This document shows, one piece after another, positions 32,392-42,077 of a DNA stretch of 64,000 nucleotides; positions within the stretch are counted from its first letter, which is position 1, and the number at the start of each line of letters is the position of its first letter. The notes under the pieces are model-generated. The model saw only the letters and a program-made list of their open reading frames with translations, searched no databases and was not told where the DNA came from. A program made the translations under genes and the position numbers. Source of the DNA: Pelagomonas calceolata (Eukaryota); NCBI GenBank assembly GCA_918797485.1, contig CAKKNE010000006.1:558001-622000 (forward strand). The letters run 5' to 3'.

Positions 32392-33216
32392 CTACTTGGC
32401 GACGGACGCGCTCATCTCGTCGGCGCGCGCCTTCGCCGCCGTCACGGCCGAGATGGCCGCGTGGCGGAAGCCGTTTTCCTCGAGAGCGGCCACGCCGGCG
32501 ATCGTGGTCCCTCCAGGAGAACAGACCTGATCCTTGAGCTGGCCGGGGTGCGTCCCCGTGGCGAGCTGCATGGCGGCCGCTCCTTTTACCGTTTGAGCTG
32601 CTAGCTTGAGAGCGGTGGCGCGCGGTAAGCCCGCCTTCACGCCCCCGTCCGCGAGGGCCTCGATGAGCAAGAAGATGTAGGCCGGTCCGGAACCACTCAC
32701 AGCTGTAACAGCGTTGAGCTGCTTCTCGGGGACCTCGACGACCACACCTCTGAATAGTGCCATGGCCGTCGCGACATCAGCATCAGTAGCTGTCGTGCCC
32801 CTTGCTACTCCCACCGCCGCTTCACCAACTAAGCAAGGAGTATTGGGCATGGTCCGGACGCATCTCGCGCCGTTGCCGGCCGCGATTTCTATGGCCATGA
32901 GCGGCACGCCAGCTGCGATCGACACGACCAATTTGCCGCGCAGTTCCAAGGGCGCTAACGCTGAGGCGACGACGTCCGGCTTGACGGCGACCACTATTAT
33001 TTCGGACACGATGGCGACCTCCGCATTACCAGTCACGTTCAAGCCTAGAGCTTTGGCCTTGGCGCGCGCCGGCTCCCAGGGATCACTGGCGCTGATGCGT
33101 CCTGGCGAGATGCCGCTTGCGAGCAGTCCTTTGATAATGGCGCTCGCCATGGCGCCCGCTCCAATAAAACCAATGTTACGGTTGTGTAGAGGTGAGGCGG
33201 CGGACATGGCGCTCAT
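32392..33216 (-). CDS. proC: Pyrroline-5-carboxylate reductase
   Basis: IGFIGAGAMA, VAVKP, SIAAG, RTMPNTP, SGSGPAY, VCSPGGTTIAG. Confidence 0.96.
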   Translation of the reverse strand: MSAMSAASPLHNRNIGFIGAGAMASAIIKGLLASGISPGRISASDPWEPARAKAKALGLNVTGNAEVAIVSEIIVVAVKPDVVASALAPLELRGKLVVSIAAGVPLMAIEIAAGNGARCVRTMPNTPCLVGEAAVGVARGTTATDADVATAMALFRGVVVEVPEKQLNAVTAVSGSGPAYIFLLIEALADGGVKAGLPRATALKLAAQTVKGAAAMQLATGTHPGQLKDQVCSPGGTTIAGVAALEENGFRHAAISAVTAAKARADEMSASVAK

Positions 33217-33933
33217 CTTTGCGCAGCGATGCTGGCTTGCAGTTTGTGGCTATCCGAGGGGGCTTCCGCGGCACCAGTTCGCTGCGCCGAGCCTTTGCGA
33301 ATTATGTCGCGCGCGCTTGCCGGGTGTCGACTAATGCAGCAGGCTTCAACTCGTTTGCTCTTTAGCCTAGCCTCTGCTTAACCGACGGGTTTTTGCGCGC
33401 GGTCTTGCGGGACCCCTCCCCGCCCCAGGGGACTCGTCGCAGAGGTCGTGCAGCGATGTGCGGGGAAAAAAAAGGGGAACCGCCACCACACAACCTTGGG
33501 TCTGCTGAACGCGGACGCGGAGGCGCTTTGCTTGAGACCCGACCCAGAGCTAGTCAGGGTATTCGGGATCCCGCCGTGCCGCCGCTCCGTGGAGTCGTGC
33601 CCGAGTGCCGCCGCCAAGGAGGCCCCCGTAGCCTAGTGATCCTCGCCGCCGCGCGCACGAGGACCCGACGGGGAGTCGCGAAAAACACACCCGCCAGGTG
33701 CCCCGCACGACACGACGACGGGCCCGGGCGGATCTGTCCAAGGAAGCAGCTTGAATTGCTGGGGTGAGTCAACATCGCCAATGAAGGCCCGTCGACCCGT
33801 TGAATTGCGAGGAAGCCGAGGATGAATCGCCTACTTGCCCAACATGTCACGCCACGCCGAACGCCGCCATGACGCGTTCGCGAGGCCCTCGCGCACGCCC
33901 GGCTGGACTTAGAGATCAGAAATCGCGTGGAGA

Positions 33934-35202
33934 TCAGGTGTCGTCGTCCTCCTCCCCATCAGAACTAGATTCATACCCAGCCCGCGCCATCTCTGATTTT
34001 CGACGAAGCGGCGCCGAGGCTCGAACGAGCGGCCTTTCAGGCCCACGGACGACCACTCCCGCCCTTGCGACGCCCTCCTTCGCGCGCGCGGCCTCCCGAC
34101 CGCGTGCGGCCGTCACCGCCCCCGCGACGGCCGCCCGAGCTCGATCTGCGTCTCGCGCGCGTAGGTACTCGTCCCTGAGGCCCGCGGCAGCCTTCCCCAG
34201 GGCGGTGGCCCGCTCCCACTCGCCCTTCATGCGAGCCGAGGCCGCCGCGACTCTACCCGCCAAAACTTCCTCGAGACTCTCGACCTCCATGTGGTCGACG
34301 CCTTCAGCCACGAGCCCCTGCATCGTAGCCACGGTCTTCCTCACTTCTGCGATGGTTTGCTCGGCGGCCCCGAGCGCGCCTTCAAAACCGCCTCCCACAC
34401 TCGCTACCGGCGGCGCTTGCAAGCCCGACCCCGCCACGTTCTCGGCGTCCTCCAGAGGCGGTAAGTCTTCGTCCGGGCCGCCCGCCTCAGTCAGCGAATT
34501 CTCGACACCCAGCGAGATGTTGCGGGCATACTCCACAACTAAAGCCGCCTCGCTCAGAGCAACCGCGTCCTGCAACTGGGCGTCAGCCTCTTCCTCCTCC
34601 TTCTTCTTCTGTTCCTTCACGACGGCGGCGGCCTTGGCCACCTCGGCCCACGCGCGGTCGCAGACCACGGCCGCGCGGCGCATGACGGCGTCCCGCTCTT
34701 TTTCCTCCTCCGCGACTCCCAGCGCTTGGGAGAGACCCTTCGCCCCCTCGACGATGGACTGGCCCACCGCGGCCTTGATCGGGGCCTTAACCGACGCCCC
34801 CTTCCTGCCCGGCCCCGGCGCAGCGCCCTGGCCCACAACCAGACCGCGCCGCTCCTGCGCCTTCGTCACCAGATCCTCCCACTGGACGCCTCGCGTCAAT
34901 TCCGATTGCTCGCGCCGCTCAGCGCGGATCTCGAACCGCACCCGCTTCTTACTTCCCACCCCACCGCGGGAGTGAGCCTTGGGTTTGCTCTTCTGCAGCA
35001 ACTTCTGCGCGTCTTCCACGCTCGAGGCCTTGGCACTGCCGCCAAGGACCACCTTCTTGCCGCGCGACGGCAACCCGCCGCGCACAGGGCCCGTTCCGGC
35101 CCCGGCGTTAGATCCTATAGCACGCGCTGTGCGGAGCGCCGCGCCGTGCAGGGGCAGCTTTGACGCGTCATCAGAAGCTCGGATGCAGTCTTTTAAGCCC
35201 AT
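33934..35202 (-). CDS. Hypothetical Ala/Glu-rich coiled-coil protein
   Basis: 422-aa ATG ORF preceded by the conserved upstream element; no recognisable domain. Confidence 0.5.
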   Translation of the reverse strand: MGLKDCIRASDDASKLPLHGAALRTARAIGSNAGAGTGPVRGGLPSRGKKVVLGGSAKASSVEDAQKLLQKSKPKAHSRGGVGSKKRVRFEIRAERREQSELTRGVQWEDLVTKAQERRGLVVGQGAAPGPGRKGASVKAPIKAAVGQSIVEGAKGLSQALGVAEEEKERDAVMRRAAVVCDRAWAEVAKAAAVVKEQKKKEEEEADAQLQDAVALSEAALVVEYARNISLGVENSLTEAGGPDEDLPPLEDAENVAGSGLQAPPVASVGGGFEGALGAAEQTIAEVRKTVATMQGLVAEGVDHMEVESLEEVLAGRVAAASARMKGEWERATALGKAAAGLRDEYLRARDADRARAAVAGAVTAARGREAARAKEGVARAGVVVRGPERPLVRASAPLRRKSEMARAGYESSSDGEEDDDT

Positions 35203-35280
35203 GCTCTCTGTTCAGAGTGTGTTGCAGTTGTAGTTGCAGCAGAAACAGTCGGCGCGCTACAGCTCTTCAGCTGAGGCTTG

Positions 35281-35302
35281 CTAGTGTGTTACAGGCCGCT
35301 AG
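35281..35302. promoter_or_regulatory. CTAG-bounded conserved upstream element (copy 6)
   Basis: CTAGTGTGTTACAGGCCGCTAG, 79 bp upstream of ATG 35202(-). Confidence 0.65.
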
Positions 35303-35344
35303 CGAGTTATGCGCAGACATCTTTCTTACACAAGCTTCACTCCC

Positions 35345-36271
35345 CTACGCTGTGTCGCCAAAGAAGAACTCGAGGACGCGGCCAGTGACCGCACCGCCCG
35401 CGGTGGCGTAACCATGCGCCCGCGGCGGCGTGACCAGCGCGGCGGCGGCGGCGGACTCAGCGTCCCGGGCCCGCGCCACAGCCTCGGCCGCCGCGTTGGC
35501 GGATGCGGCCCTCGCTGCCGCCTGTGCCGCGGCCGCCCCGCCGAAGGGCTTGAGAAAGGCAGCATAGGTTAAAGTTGTTTCGCAGCGCCATTGATTATGG
35601 CTGAGGTACCAGCCGGCCGCCTCCATCGCCCTGAGCGACGGCGGATGCAGCTCGCCGATCACGTCGAAAAAATCGCAGTGGCTATTCGAAGCAAGGTGTC
35701 TGTCCGGTTCAGGCCACTCTGGGTCTTGGTTCGCCTCCGAAGCCGCGGCGTGCTCGCGCCAGAGGCCCGTCGCGCGGACGAGCTCGGGGACGAGGCGCGC
35801 GTACCCGCGTTTGCACTCCTCGCTCCGCTCCGGATGAGCTCGGGGCCAAGGATCACAGAGACAAGATCCCAACACAGCTTCTTCTACGTCGCAGCTTGGA
35901 ATGTCGTTGTCGCTGAAGAATTCCAGATTGCAGTCGTGATCACCACTGATTCTCCGCCGACAGCTCCAGCACACCATGGCGGGGAGGTTCGCCTTGAAAG
36001 AGATCTCTCCGTACTCGAACGTGTGGCTCAGGACCAGCCCGTTCTCTAGGAAGTCCAGGACCACCGAGCGGATGTCGACATCGCCGCCGCCGCACCGGTC
36101 GATCACGAGCGCGGCGCCGAGCGCCTCCGATCTCGGCCAGCTCGAGTACTTTCCCCCGCGCATAGCACTTAAAGTTGTTCCAGCGCTCGCTGGCGCCGGC
36201 GCGGGCGCTGTGGGCACGAGGGTGGCCTCCGCCTCCCCATCCGATAGCGACGATACGTCATCATCATCCAT
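35345..36271 (-). CDS. Hypothetical Cys-containing protein
   Basis: ATG (MDDDDV) ORF with coding-like codon usage; CWSC and CLC motifs. Confidence 0.55.
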   Translation of the reverse strand: MDDDDVSSLSDGEAEATLVPTAPAPAPASAGTTLSAMRGGKYSSWPRSEALGAALVIDRCGGGDVDIRSVVLDFLENGLVLSHTFEYGEISFKANLPAMVCWSCRRRISGDHDCNLEFFSDNDIPSCDVEEAVLGSCLCDPWPRAHPERSEECKRGYARLVPELVRATGLWREHAAASEANQDPEWPEPDRHLASNSHCDFFDVIGELHPPSLRAMEAAGWYLSHNQWRCETTLTYAAFLKPFGGAAAAQAAARAASANAAAEAVARARDAESAAAAALVTPPRAHGYATAGGAVTGRVLEFFFGDTA

Positions 36272-36665
36272 GAGGTCCGAGATGCTCTCCGGGTCAGAGA
36301 TGCTCTCCGGGCTGTACGGCTTCCAGGTCGACGCGTGGTCAGTGCCGCGGGCTTCGCGCAGCAGTAGTAAGTCCAAAAGAGCTCTAGCGCAGGTTGCAGG
36401 CGCCAGGGAGACGAATGCGCAAGGCGCTTCAAGGCTGATCGAGGTGGTAGCGTAGCGAGGCACTAGCCTGCTGGCAGAAATCCGGCGCTGCTCTGCCGCT
36501 TTTCGAGGCCCGTGAGTGCCCCACGCATCTGTAAAGGGTCTCCGGAGTAGCTACTCCTGCCCCCTCGCCGCAGGCCTGCGAAAGAGCGCCGCTCGCGCAG
36601 TACCATCGTCGGCCGGCTGCCGAAGCCGGAGAGCGCCGCTCAGCAGGAACGCCGTCGCCGCGACC

Positions 36666-38048
36666 ATGGCCGAGAACATCCCCCTGTTGAACGAGTCCAT
36701 GAACGGCGCTAGACTAGCGGGCGTCGTCGACTACCTAAGACATCAAAAAAGAGACGTCTACTATGGATTTGTCGGCCCCGCGAGAGAGGAGGGCCAGCCC
36801 ACGAACAAGGCGAACCAGGCCTACTTCACGCAGCGCGACTGGTTAGGTGGAGAAACTTTACAACGGGGCGCGGAGGTCGCCTTCACCCTAAGCTACAAAG
36901 ACGGCAAGCCCCAAGCGAATGATATTACGCCCGTCGAGCAGGACCCCGCTCTACTACAAAAGAAGAAGCCGCAGAACAAGAAGCCTCTACAACGCAAGGA
37001 CACCAAGTCGACGAAGTTGACGCTCGAAACGCTCTCGACGCGCGTGCTGGAGCTCGTCGACGCGGAAGATGGTGAGTTGTTATCGGCCAACCTCAACCGG
37101 AGATACAGGCGCAAGTACGGTTGTGACTTAGATTTCCGAAGCTTGGGCTTCGAGCGGCTTAACCAATGTTTGAGGGAGGTACCTGGCGTGTCTGTAGGAA
37201 TAGGAGCAAGGGCGGTCGTCGACCGGACCGAGGGCGAGAAGAAGCCTACTACTTCCAAAAAAGCTACGGTGACGTGCTGCTACTTTTTGAGAGATGCCTG
37301 CGACAAGGGCGACGCGTGCCGCTACGTTCACCAGAAGCCACTGCCCGCTGGTGAGAAATGCTCGTGGGGCGCGCGGTGCCGCTTCGGCTGCGCGCCTCAG
37401 GTCGAGAAGGAGGCTCCCGCGGTGACGGGTGATTTGGATGCGTTATGTGATCAAGTGCTCAAGCTGTGCGATCAGCATGGGAGCATCCTACTAGCAAATC
37501 TCCCGAAGACTTATAGCACGGCCTACAAGACGAAGATCAACCCTAGGGACTACGGTCATGAAAAACTAGCTCATGTCCTACAAGGTTTACAAGGTTTACA
37601 TGTCGAGACGGGGCCCCGAGGGTTTGTTGCTAGAGAAGGCGACGACGTCCAGCCGCCGCCCCAGACCTCCACGGAGAAAAAGCCCGTTAGAGTCGTGTCG
37701 GAGAAGGCGTCCCCGGATACGCTCGAGGCGCTTTCGACCGAAATCCTGCAGGTTATTGACGCGAACGAGGGCGAGGTCCTAGCTGCCCATTTACCGAAGC
37801 GCTACCATAGGACCTTCGGCAAGAAATTGGTCCCGCAGGACTACGGCTGCGAGAAGCTGCTTGAGTTACTCAGAGCGACTCCTAGGGTCGGGTGTGGTTC
37901 CGGGCCGCGGGCGACCGTGACGAGAAGCGCGCCGCGCGCGCCGGCGGCCGCGGAGGACGACACCGACTTGGCGAACCCCACGATCGACACGATCGAGGTG
38001 TGCGATCTCGGCGCGCACGCGCCGACGTTCACGCCGTCGGCGCAGTAG
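36666..38048 (+). CDS. RNA-binding protein: cold-shock-like domain, three LOTUS/OST-HTH domains, CCCH zinc finger
   Basis: YGFVGP...VAFTLSYKDGKPQANDI (CSD). Three repeats of L..Y...Y/FG..L....YG/LG.EKL..L (LOTUS). CCYFLRDACDKGDACRYVH (CCCH). Confidence 0.8.
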   Translation: MAENIPLLNESMNGARLAGVVDYLRHQKRDVYYGFVGPAREEGQPTNKANQAYFTQRDWLGGETLQRGAEVAFTLSYKDGKPQANDITPVEQDPALLQKKKPQNKKPLQRKDTKSTKLTLETLSTRVLELVDAEDGELLSANLNRRYRRKYGCDLDFRSLGFERLNQCLREVPGVSVGIGARAVVDRTEGEKKPTTSKKATVTCCYFLRDACDKGDACRYVHQKPLPAGEKCSWGARCRFGCAPQVEKEAPAVTGDLDALCDQVLKLCDQHGSILLANLPKTYSTAYKTKINPRDYGHEKLAHVLQGLQGLHVETGPRGFVAREGDDVQPPPQTSTEKKPVRVVSEKASPDTLEALSTEILQVIDANEGEVLAAHLPKRYHRTFGKKLVPQDYGCEKLLELLRATPRVGCGSGPRATVTRSAPRAPAAAEDDTDLANPTIDTIEVCDLGAHAPTFTPSAQ

Positions 38049-38150
38049 ATACCCCTTCCCCCCTTCACCCGTTTGGAAATCCAACGGGTCACGACTCTCT
38101 GCCCTAACTTGGAGGTGCACACATCTTTTCCTTGCTATCTTTTCTGTTGT

Positions 38151-38167
38151 GGTGCTAGGACTAGTGG
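38151..38167 (+). promoter_or_regulatory. Second upstream motif GGTGCTAGGACTAGTGG (copy B)
   Basis: Identical to 18470-18486. Confidence 0.45.
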
Positions 38168-38257
38168 CTGGGACGGAGCAGACAGTCATACACACACTGC
38201 ACGGGTTTTCCTCCGATTTGCGCGCTTGAGCGACCATCACGCGCGCCGGCGCCGAAG

Positions 38258-38506
38258 GTGATTGTCGACGCCCCTGACGAGCGGTTTCCCTGTCATAAAA
38301 GGCGGGCCCGGCTAAAGCAGGCGACGCCCATCGTTCGAAAGAAGACCGAGGGAGCATACCAGAACTCAAGCGGCAAGTGGTCCAACTACAACATGTTCCC
38401 CGGCCGCGAGTTCGACGACCTCGACGAGTACCGCGCGGCGAAGAAGCAGCGCGCGGAGCGCCGCGCCGCGTATTTGGCTCAGACATCCTCAAAGTACAAG
38501 AAATAA
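38258..38506 (+). pseudogene. Short ORF or gene fragment without ATG start
   Basis: 3' half has strong coding-like codon usage (GKWSNYNMFPGREFDDLDEYRAAKKQR); 5' end unclear. Confidence 0.3.
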
Positions 38507-38530
38507 GAAAGATTTGTACACTATACTTAC

Positions 38531-40048
38531 TCACCGCGCCGCCGCCACGGGCTCCTCCGTCCGCGACAGCACCGTCGCGTTCAGCCCGGGCGGCTCCAAC
38601 ACCCCATCCGACGACAGCGGCACGGCCTTCATCCGCAATACTCTCCTTTCGTCGGCCTCCAGGACCACGAAATCATGATCATGGACAATCACGTGGTCGT
38701 CCACCGCAGGTATTTCCCCGGCGTGAAAACACAGAAAACCAGCAGCGGTAGTAACGTCCATAATATCACTAGGCTTGTTGCCCTCGCTATCCCTGAGAGC
38801 GAGCGCCGCGACCAAGTCATCCACGTTCGCGTTGCCCAGGATGTCGTAACTCCCATCATCATTCAAAATGACGTCGTCGCCCAACTCTATTTCCGCCTCG
38901 TCGTCTTCATCATAAATCTCGCCGACCACCGTCTCCAAGATATCTTCGAGCGTCACGACGCCCGCCGTGCCGCCGTGCTCGTCCACCACAATCGCCATAT
39001 GTAAGCGCCGTCTCCGCATCTCCTCCAGCACTTTCCAGGCGGCCATCGTCTCGGGAACGAAATAGGTCGGTTCTATAAATTGTGACAGTACGATTCGATC
39101 CAAATCTTCCGGCGTCGACGACTGTTCGAGGAACCGGAAGAGTTGCTTCGCGTTCACGACGCCGACCACGCGGTCAATTTCATCGTCGTATACTGGTATT
39201 CTACTGTGCCCGGTCTCATCGACCAAATGCAATAACTCCCTCGAAGTACAATTCTTTTCCAGAGCATTGACATCGACCCGAGGCCGCATGATCTCGGAGA
39301 CGCGCCGCTGCTGGAGGTCCAAGACGCCACCAATCATCGCACCCTGTTCACTCTCGGTGCCGGACTGCACTACTAATCGCAGTTCCTCCTCGCTCACTTC
39401 TTCGGCGCTGTCTTCATCATCAATCAGTTTGCAGGTCCTCAACACCCACTTTGATAATTGCGCAAATTTGAGGCCGACGGGGCCTACCACTCTCGTTAAG
39501 AGTCCGACCGGAGGGCACAGCAATCGCGCCGTCATCTCCGCATTATTAACACCAATCGTTTTTGGGATCAATTCACCGAAGAATAGAGTGGCTGCGGTTA
39601 ATCCTGATGTTGCGAGCGAGATGAAGCGTAGGGAGCCCCTTGATCTTCTCGCAACCACTTCCGTGAATATGGCCGTCGACAGGATGTTGCAGATCGTCGT
39701 CGCGATCAACACGGTCGACAACACGCGCGTGATGTCCCGGTCGAGCATCGTGAAGATGCCCTTGCCCCGCTCCTCTTCGGCAAATTCTTTGACCTTCCAC
39801 GGATACAGAGTTGTTATTGATACTTCTGCAGCATGTAATAATGCGGAGGACAGGAAGAGCGCGCCGAAGGTCATGGCCTTCCGGACATCACCAGAAACTG
39901 TGGAGACGGCCAGGGCCGCCGCAGGGTCGACGGGGCCGGCGAGGCCCATGGCCCGCGGTTTCGTGTGTGCTATTCGTTTCGGCGGCGGCGCCAGTAAGGC
40001 CGTCGCGGCGGCGGCGCAGCAGAGCGCGAGTTTCAGCGCGCGCGCCAT
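38531..40048 (-). CDS. CNNM/DUF21-CBS-CorC (HlyC) Mg2+/Co2+ transport protein, probably plastid-targeted
   Basis: AAEVSIT, LFFGELIPK, VSEEELR, EIMRPRVD, GHSRIPVY, HMAIVVDEHGGTAGVVTLEDILETVVGEIYDEDD. Confidence 0.92.
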   Translation of the reverse strand: MARALKLALCCAAAATALLAPPPKRIAHTKPRAMGLAGPVDPAAALAVSTVSGDVRKAMTFGALFLSSALLHAAEVSITTLYPWKVKEFAEEERGKGIFTMLDRDITRVLSTVLIATTICNILSTAIFTEVVARRSRGSLRFISLATSGLTAATLFFGELIPKTIGVNNAEMTARLLCPPVGLLTRVVGPVGLKFAQLSKWVLRTCKLIDDEDSAEEVSEEELRLVVQSGTESEQGAMIGGVLDLQQRRVSEIMRPRVDVNALEKNCTSRELLHLVDETGHSRIPVYDDEIDRVVGVVNAKQLFRFLEQSSTPEDLDRIVLSQFIEPTYFVPETMAAWKVLEEMRRRRLHMAIVVDEHGGTAGVVTLEDILETVVGEIYDEDDEAEIELGDDVILNDDGSYDILGNANVDDLVAALALRDSEGNKPSDIMDVTTAAGFLCFHAGEIPAVDDHVIVHDHDFVVLEADERRVLRMKAVPLSSDGVLEPPGLNATVLSRTEEPVAAAR

Positions 40049-40319
40049 GCTGGTGTGATGCTGACTGCGCCTTGCTGCTTGAACACTATGCGCTGCCCTG
40101 TGCTAAACTGAGGCCCGCGGCGAGCCTGGGATGCGGCGCGCTGCTGTAGCGCTTTGAATGCTCTTTGCTTGTGTGTTCACCGCAAGGGCGCGGCGGCCCG
40201 TTCTACGTATACTGGCCAAACAAGCAGTCACTGGGCTGCACCGTGGCTCGTGTTCGATTATCTACGGGCGTTTTTGGTGGAGAACTGGGCCAAATTCAAT
40301 GCCCGCCGGCCGGAGCTAG

Positions 40320-40341
40320 CTAGCGGCCTGTAAGACACTAG
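40320..40341. promoter_or_regulatory. CTAG-bounded conserved upstream element (copy 7), divergent promoter
   Basis: CTAGCGGCCTGTAAGACACTAG between 40048(-) and 40525(+). Confidence 0.7.
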
Positions 40342-40524
40342 CAATTCCAGCCCCAAGCTCCAACGCCTGGTTTTGGCAAGCACGGCTGCTCTACGCCCGT
40401 GCTAGGAGCCTTTTCGACGACTACTTTTGCTGCGCGCACTGGCAGGACACAGTTTCGCCGCGTGAAAAGCATTGGCAAGCCAAGCAGAGGACAAGCTCGC
40501 CGTACAGTGCTGCGTCGTGCGACA

Positions 40525-41994
40525 ATGGACCCGAGCGAGGAGGCGACAGGCTCGCTCGACGACGACGCGTCGTCGTCAGACGGCGCATCATCGGTAGACT
40601 ACATCTCCGAAGTGTCGGACGCGGAGTCGACGGCGTCCGAGGCCGTCGCCGCCGCGCTGGAAGACGTAATTGATGCCGTCGAACGCCGCGTCGACCGGCA
40701 GCGGCGGCGCGCGGCACTGCGGCGGTTCGTGAGACGAGTTCTACGGACGACCGTGCGCGCGGCGCTCTTTTCTATACTCTGCCTCGCGGCCGCCGCGGCC
40801 GCCGCGGCTCTCGAAAGGGAGCGGGGCCGCTGGTTAACACGGTGTCCCCTTCACGCGCCGTGTGGCGACGAAACGTTTCCCTGCGTCGGCGCCATCACAG
40901 AACCCTTCGCGATACCCCGCGGAAGGGTAGGAGACGGCGTCGCGGATTGTTGTGGTGGCTCCGACGAACCTCATGGAGATGTTAGTGTATGTATGAGAGA
41001 CGCCCAGCAACAACTCGAAGAGGCACGACGAGAGATGACGAGCATGGAATTGTCGATGGCGGCGCGCCGCGTGCTCGCGGAGGAGGCCCCCTTCGCGGCG
41101 GCAAGAGCTGCTGTGGAAGATGCGCAGTTACGGAGTGACGAGCTGCGCTTCAGCGAGTTGCAACCTAGAAGTTATCACGAAGCGGCGCAACTGCAAGCGG
41201 TAAGACAGAAGATCCAGCGGTTAAGGGTCCAGGCTGCGGGCGCGTACCATCAAGATCCGGACATTTACGGGGACGACGGCGCCTGGCTCGGGCTTCGCGG
41301 TTCGTGCTTCGACTCTCCACCATTAACGGAGAAGAGCGTGCTGGGGGGCACGTCGAACGTCGTCGCGCGCGCCTACGTGTTTCGGGTGTGTCCATTCAAA
41401 AACGTGACGCAGCGCGAGGCGGACTACCTCGAGTGGAAGCGGGCGACGGCCCACGCCGAGGGCAAGAAGATGAAACGCTCTGCTCCACCGGAGCCCGTCG
41501 TCCTGGGGGAATTTCAAGTATGGGCTGATAGCGGCGATGACCGCCACCCTTTATATTATGCGCAAAAGCAGCTCGTCGTGGCCGAGGCGTCCGCTAAGGG
41601 CGCGCGCCAGATCTATGCGGGTGGGGAGCCCTGCGCTGGGGATAGACAAAGAGTCGCGATCGTGCGGCCCGTCTGCGCCGCGGAGACGAAGCTCGTCCGC
41701 GTCGACGAGGACGGCGTCTGCAATTACCTGATGGACCTCGAGACGCCGGCGGCGTGTCTGGGTGTGTCGTCGGCGCGATTGCGCGATCTAGAGCGGCGGC
41801 TGGCGTATCCGGTCGCTTATGCTACGAGGCGAATGATGGCGTCGGTCGGGCGGCGGCTCTGGCGCGAGAACATGCTGCTGCTGTTGCGCGCGACGGGGCG
41901 GCGGCCGGTCGGCGAGTGGGTCCCGCGCGTCGAAGCGGTCCTCGCTCATTGCCGGGCGCGGGCGGAGGCTTGGGTCGTTCGGATGGTTAGTTAA
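40525..41994 (+). CDS. Glucosidase II beta subunit-like (PRKCSH/MRH domain) protein
   Basis: RVGDGVADCCGGSDE, YVFRVCPFKNVTQ, YAGGEPC, VDEDGVCNYLMDLETPAAC. Confidence 0.8.
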   Translation: MDPSEEATGSLDDDASSSDGASSVDYISEVSDAESTASEAVAAALEDVIDAVERRVDRQRRRAALRRFVRRVLRTTVRAALFSILCLAAAAAAAALERERGRWLTRCPLHAPCGDETFPCVGAITEPFAIPRGRVGDGVADCCGGSDEPHGDVSVCMRDAQQQLEEARREMTSMELSMAARRVLAEEAPFAAARAAVEDAQLRSDELRFSELQPRSYHEAAQLQAVRQKIQRLRVQAAGAYHQDPDIYGDDGAWLGLRGSCFDSPPLTEKSVLGGTSNVVARAYVFRVCPFKNVTQREADYLEWKRATAHAEGKKMKRSAPPEPVVLGEFQVWADSGDDRHPLYYAQKQLVVAEASAKGARQIYAGGEPCAGDRQRVAIVRPVCAAETKLVRVDEDGVCNYLMDLETPAACLGVSSARLRDLERRLAYPVAYATRRMMASVGRRLWRENMLLLLRATGRRPVGEWVPRVEAVLAHCRARAEAWVVRMVS

Positions 41995-42077
41995 TTTATT
42001 ATTTGTGTTCTGACTTAGCGACGTGTGTCCGGCAAAGGACGCAGACAGACAAAGTCGCACACAATCTTAGAACAAGC

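Noticed and set aside
33800..34975. Long antisense/alternative-frame ORFs (e.g. 33800-34975, 6031-6972, 57201-58088)
   Set aside because: Shadow ORFs expected at high GC; no domains.
36279..36311. 18-bp-period duplication GAGATGCTCTCCGGG near a start codon
   Set aside because: Only two copies; likely slippage with no evident function.
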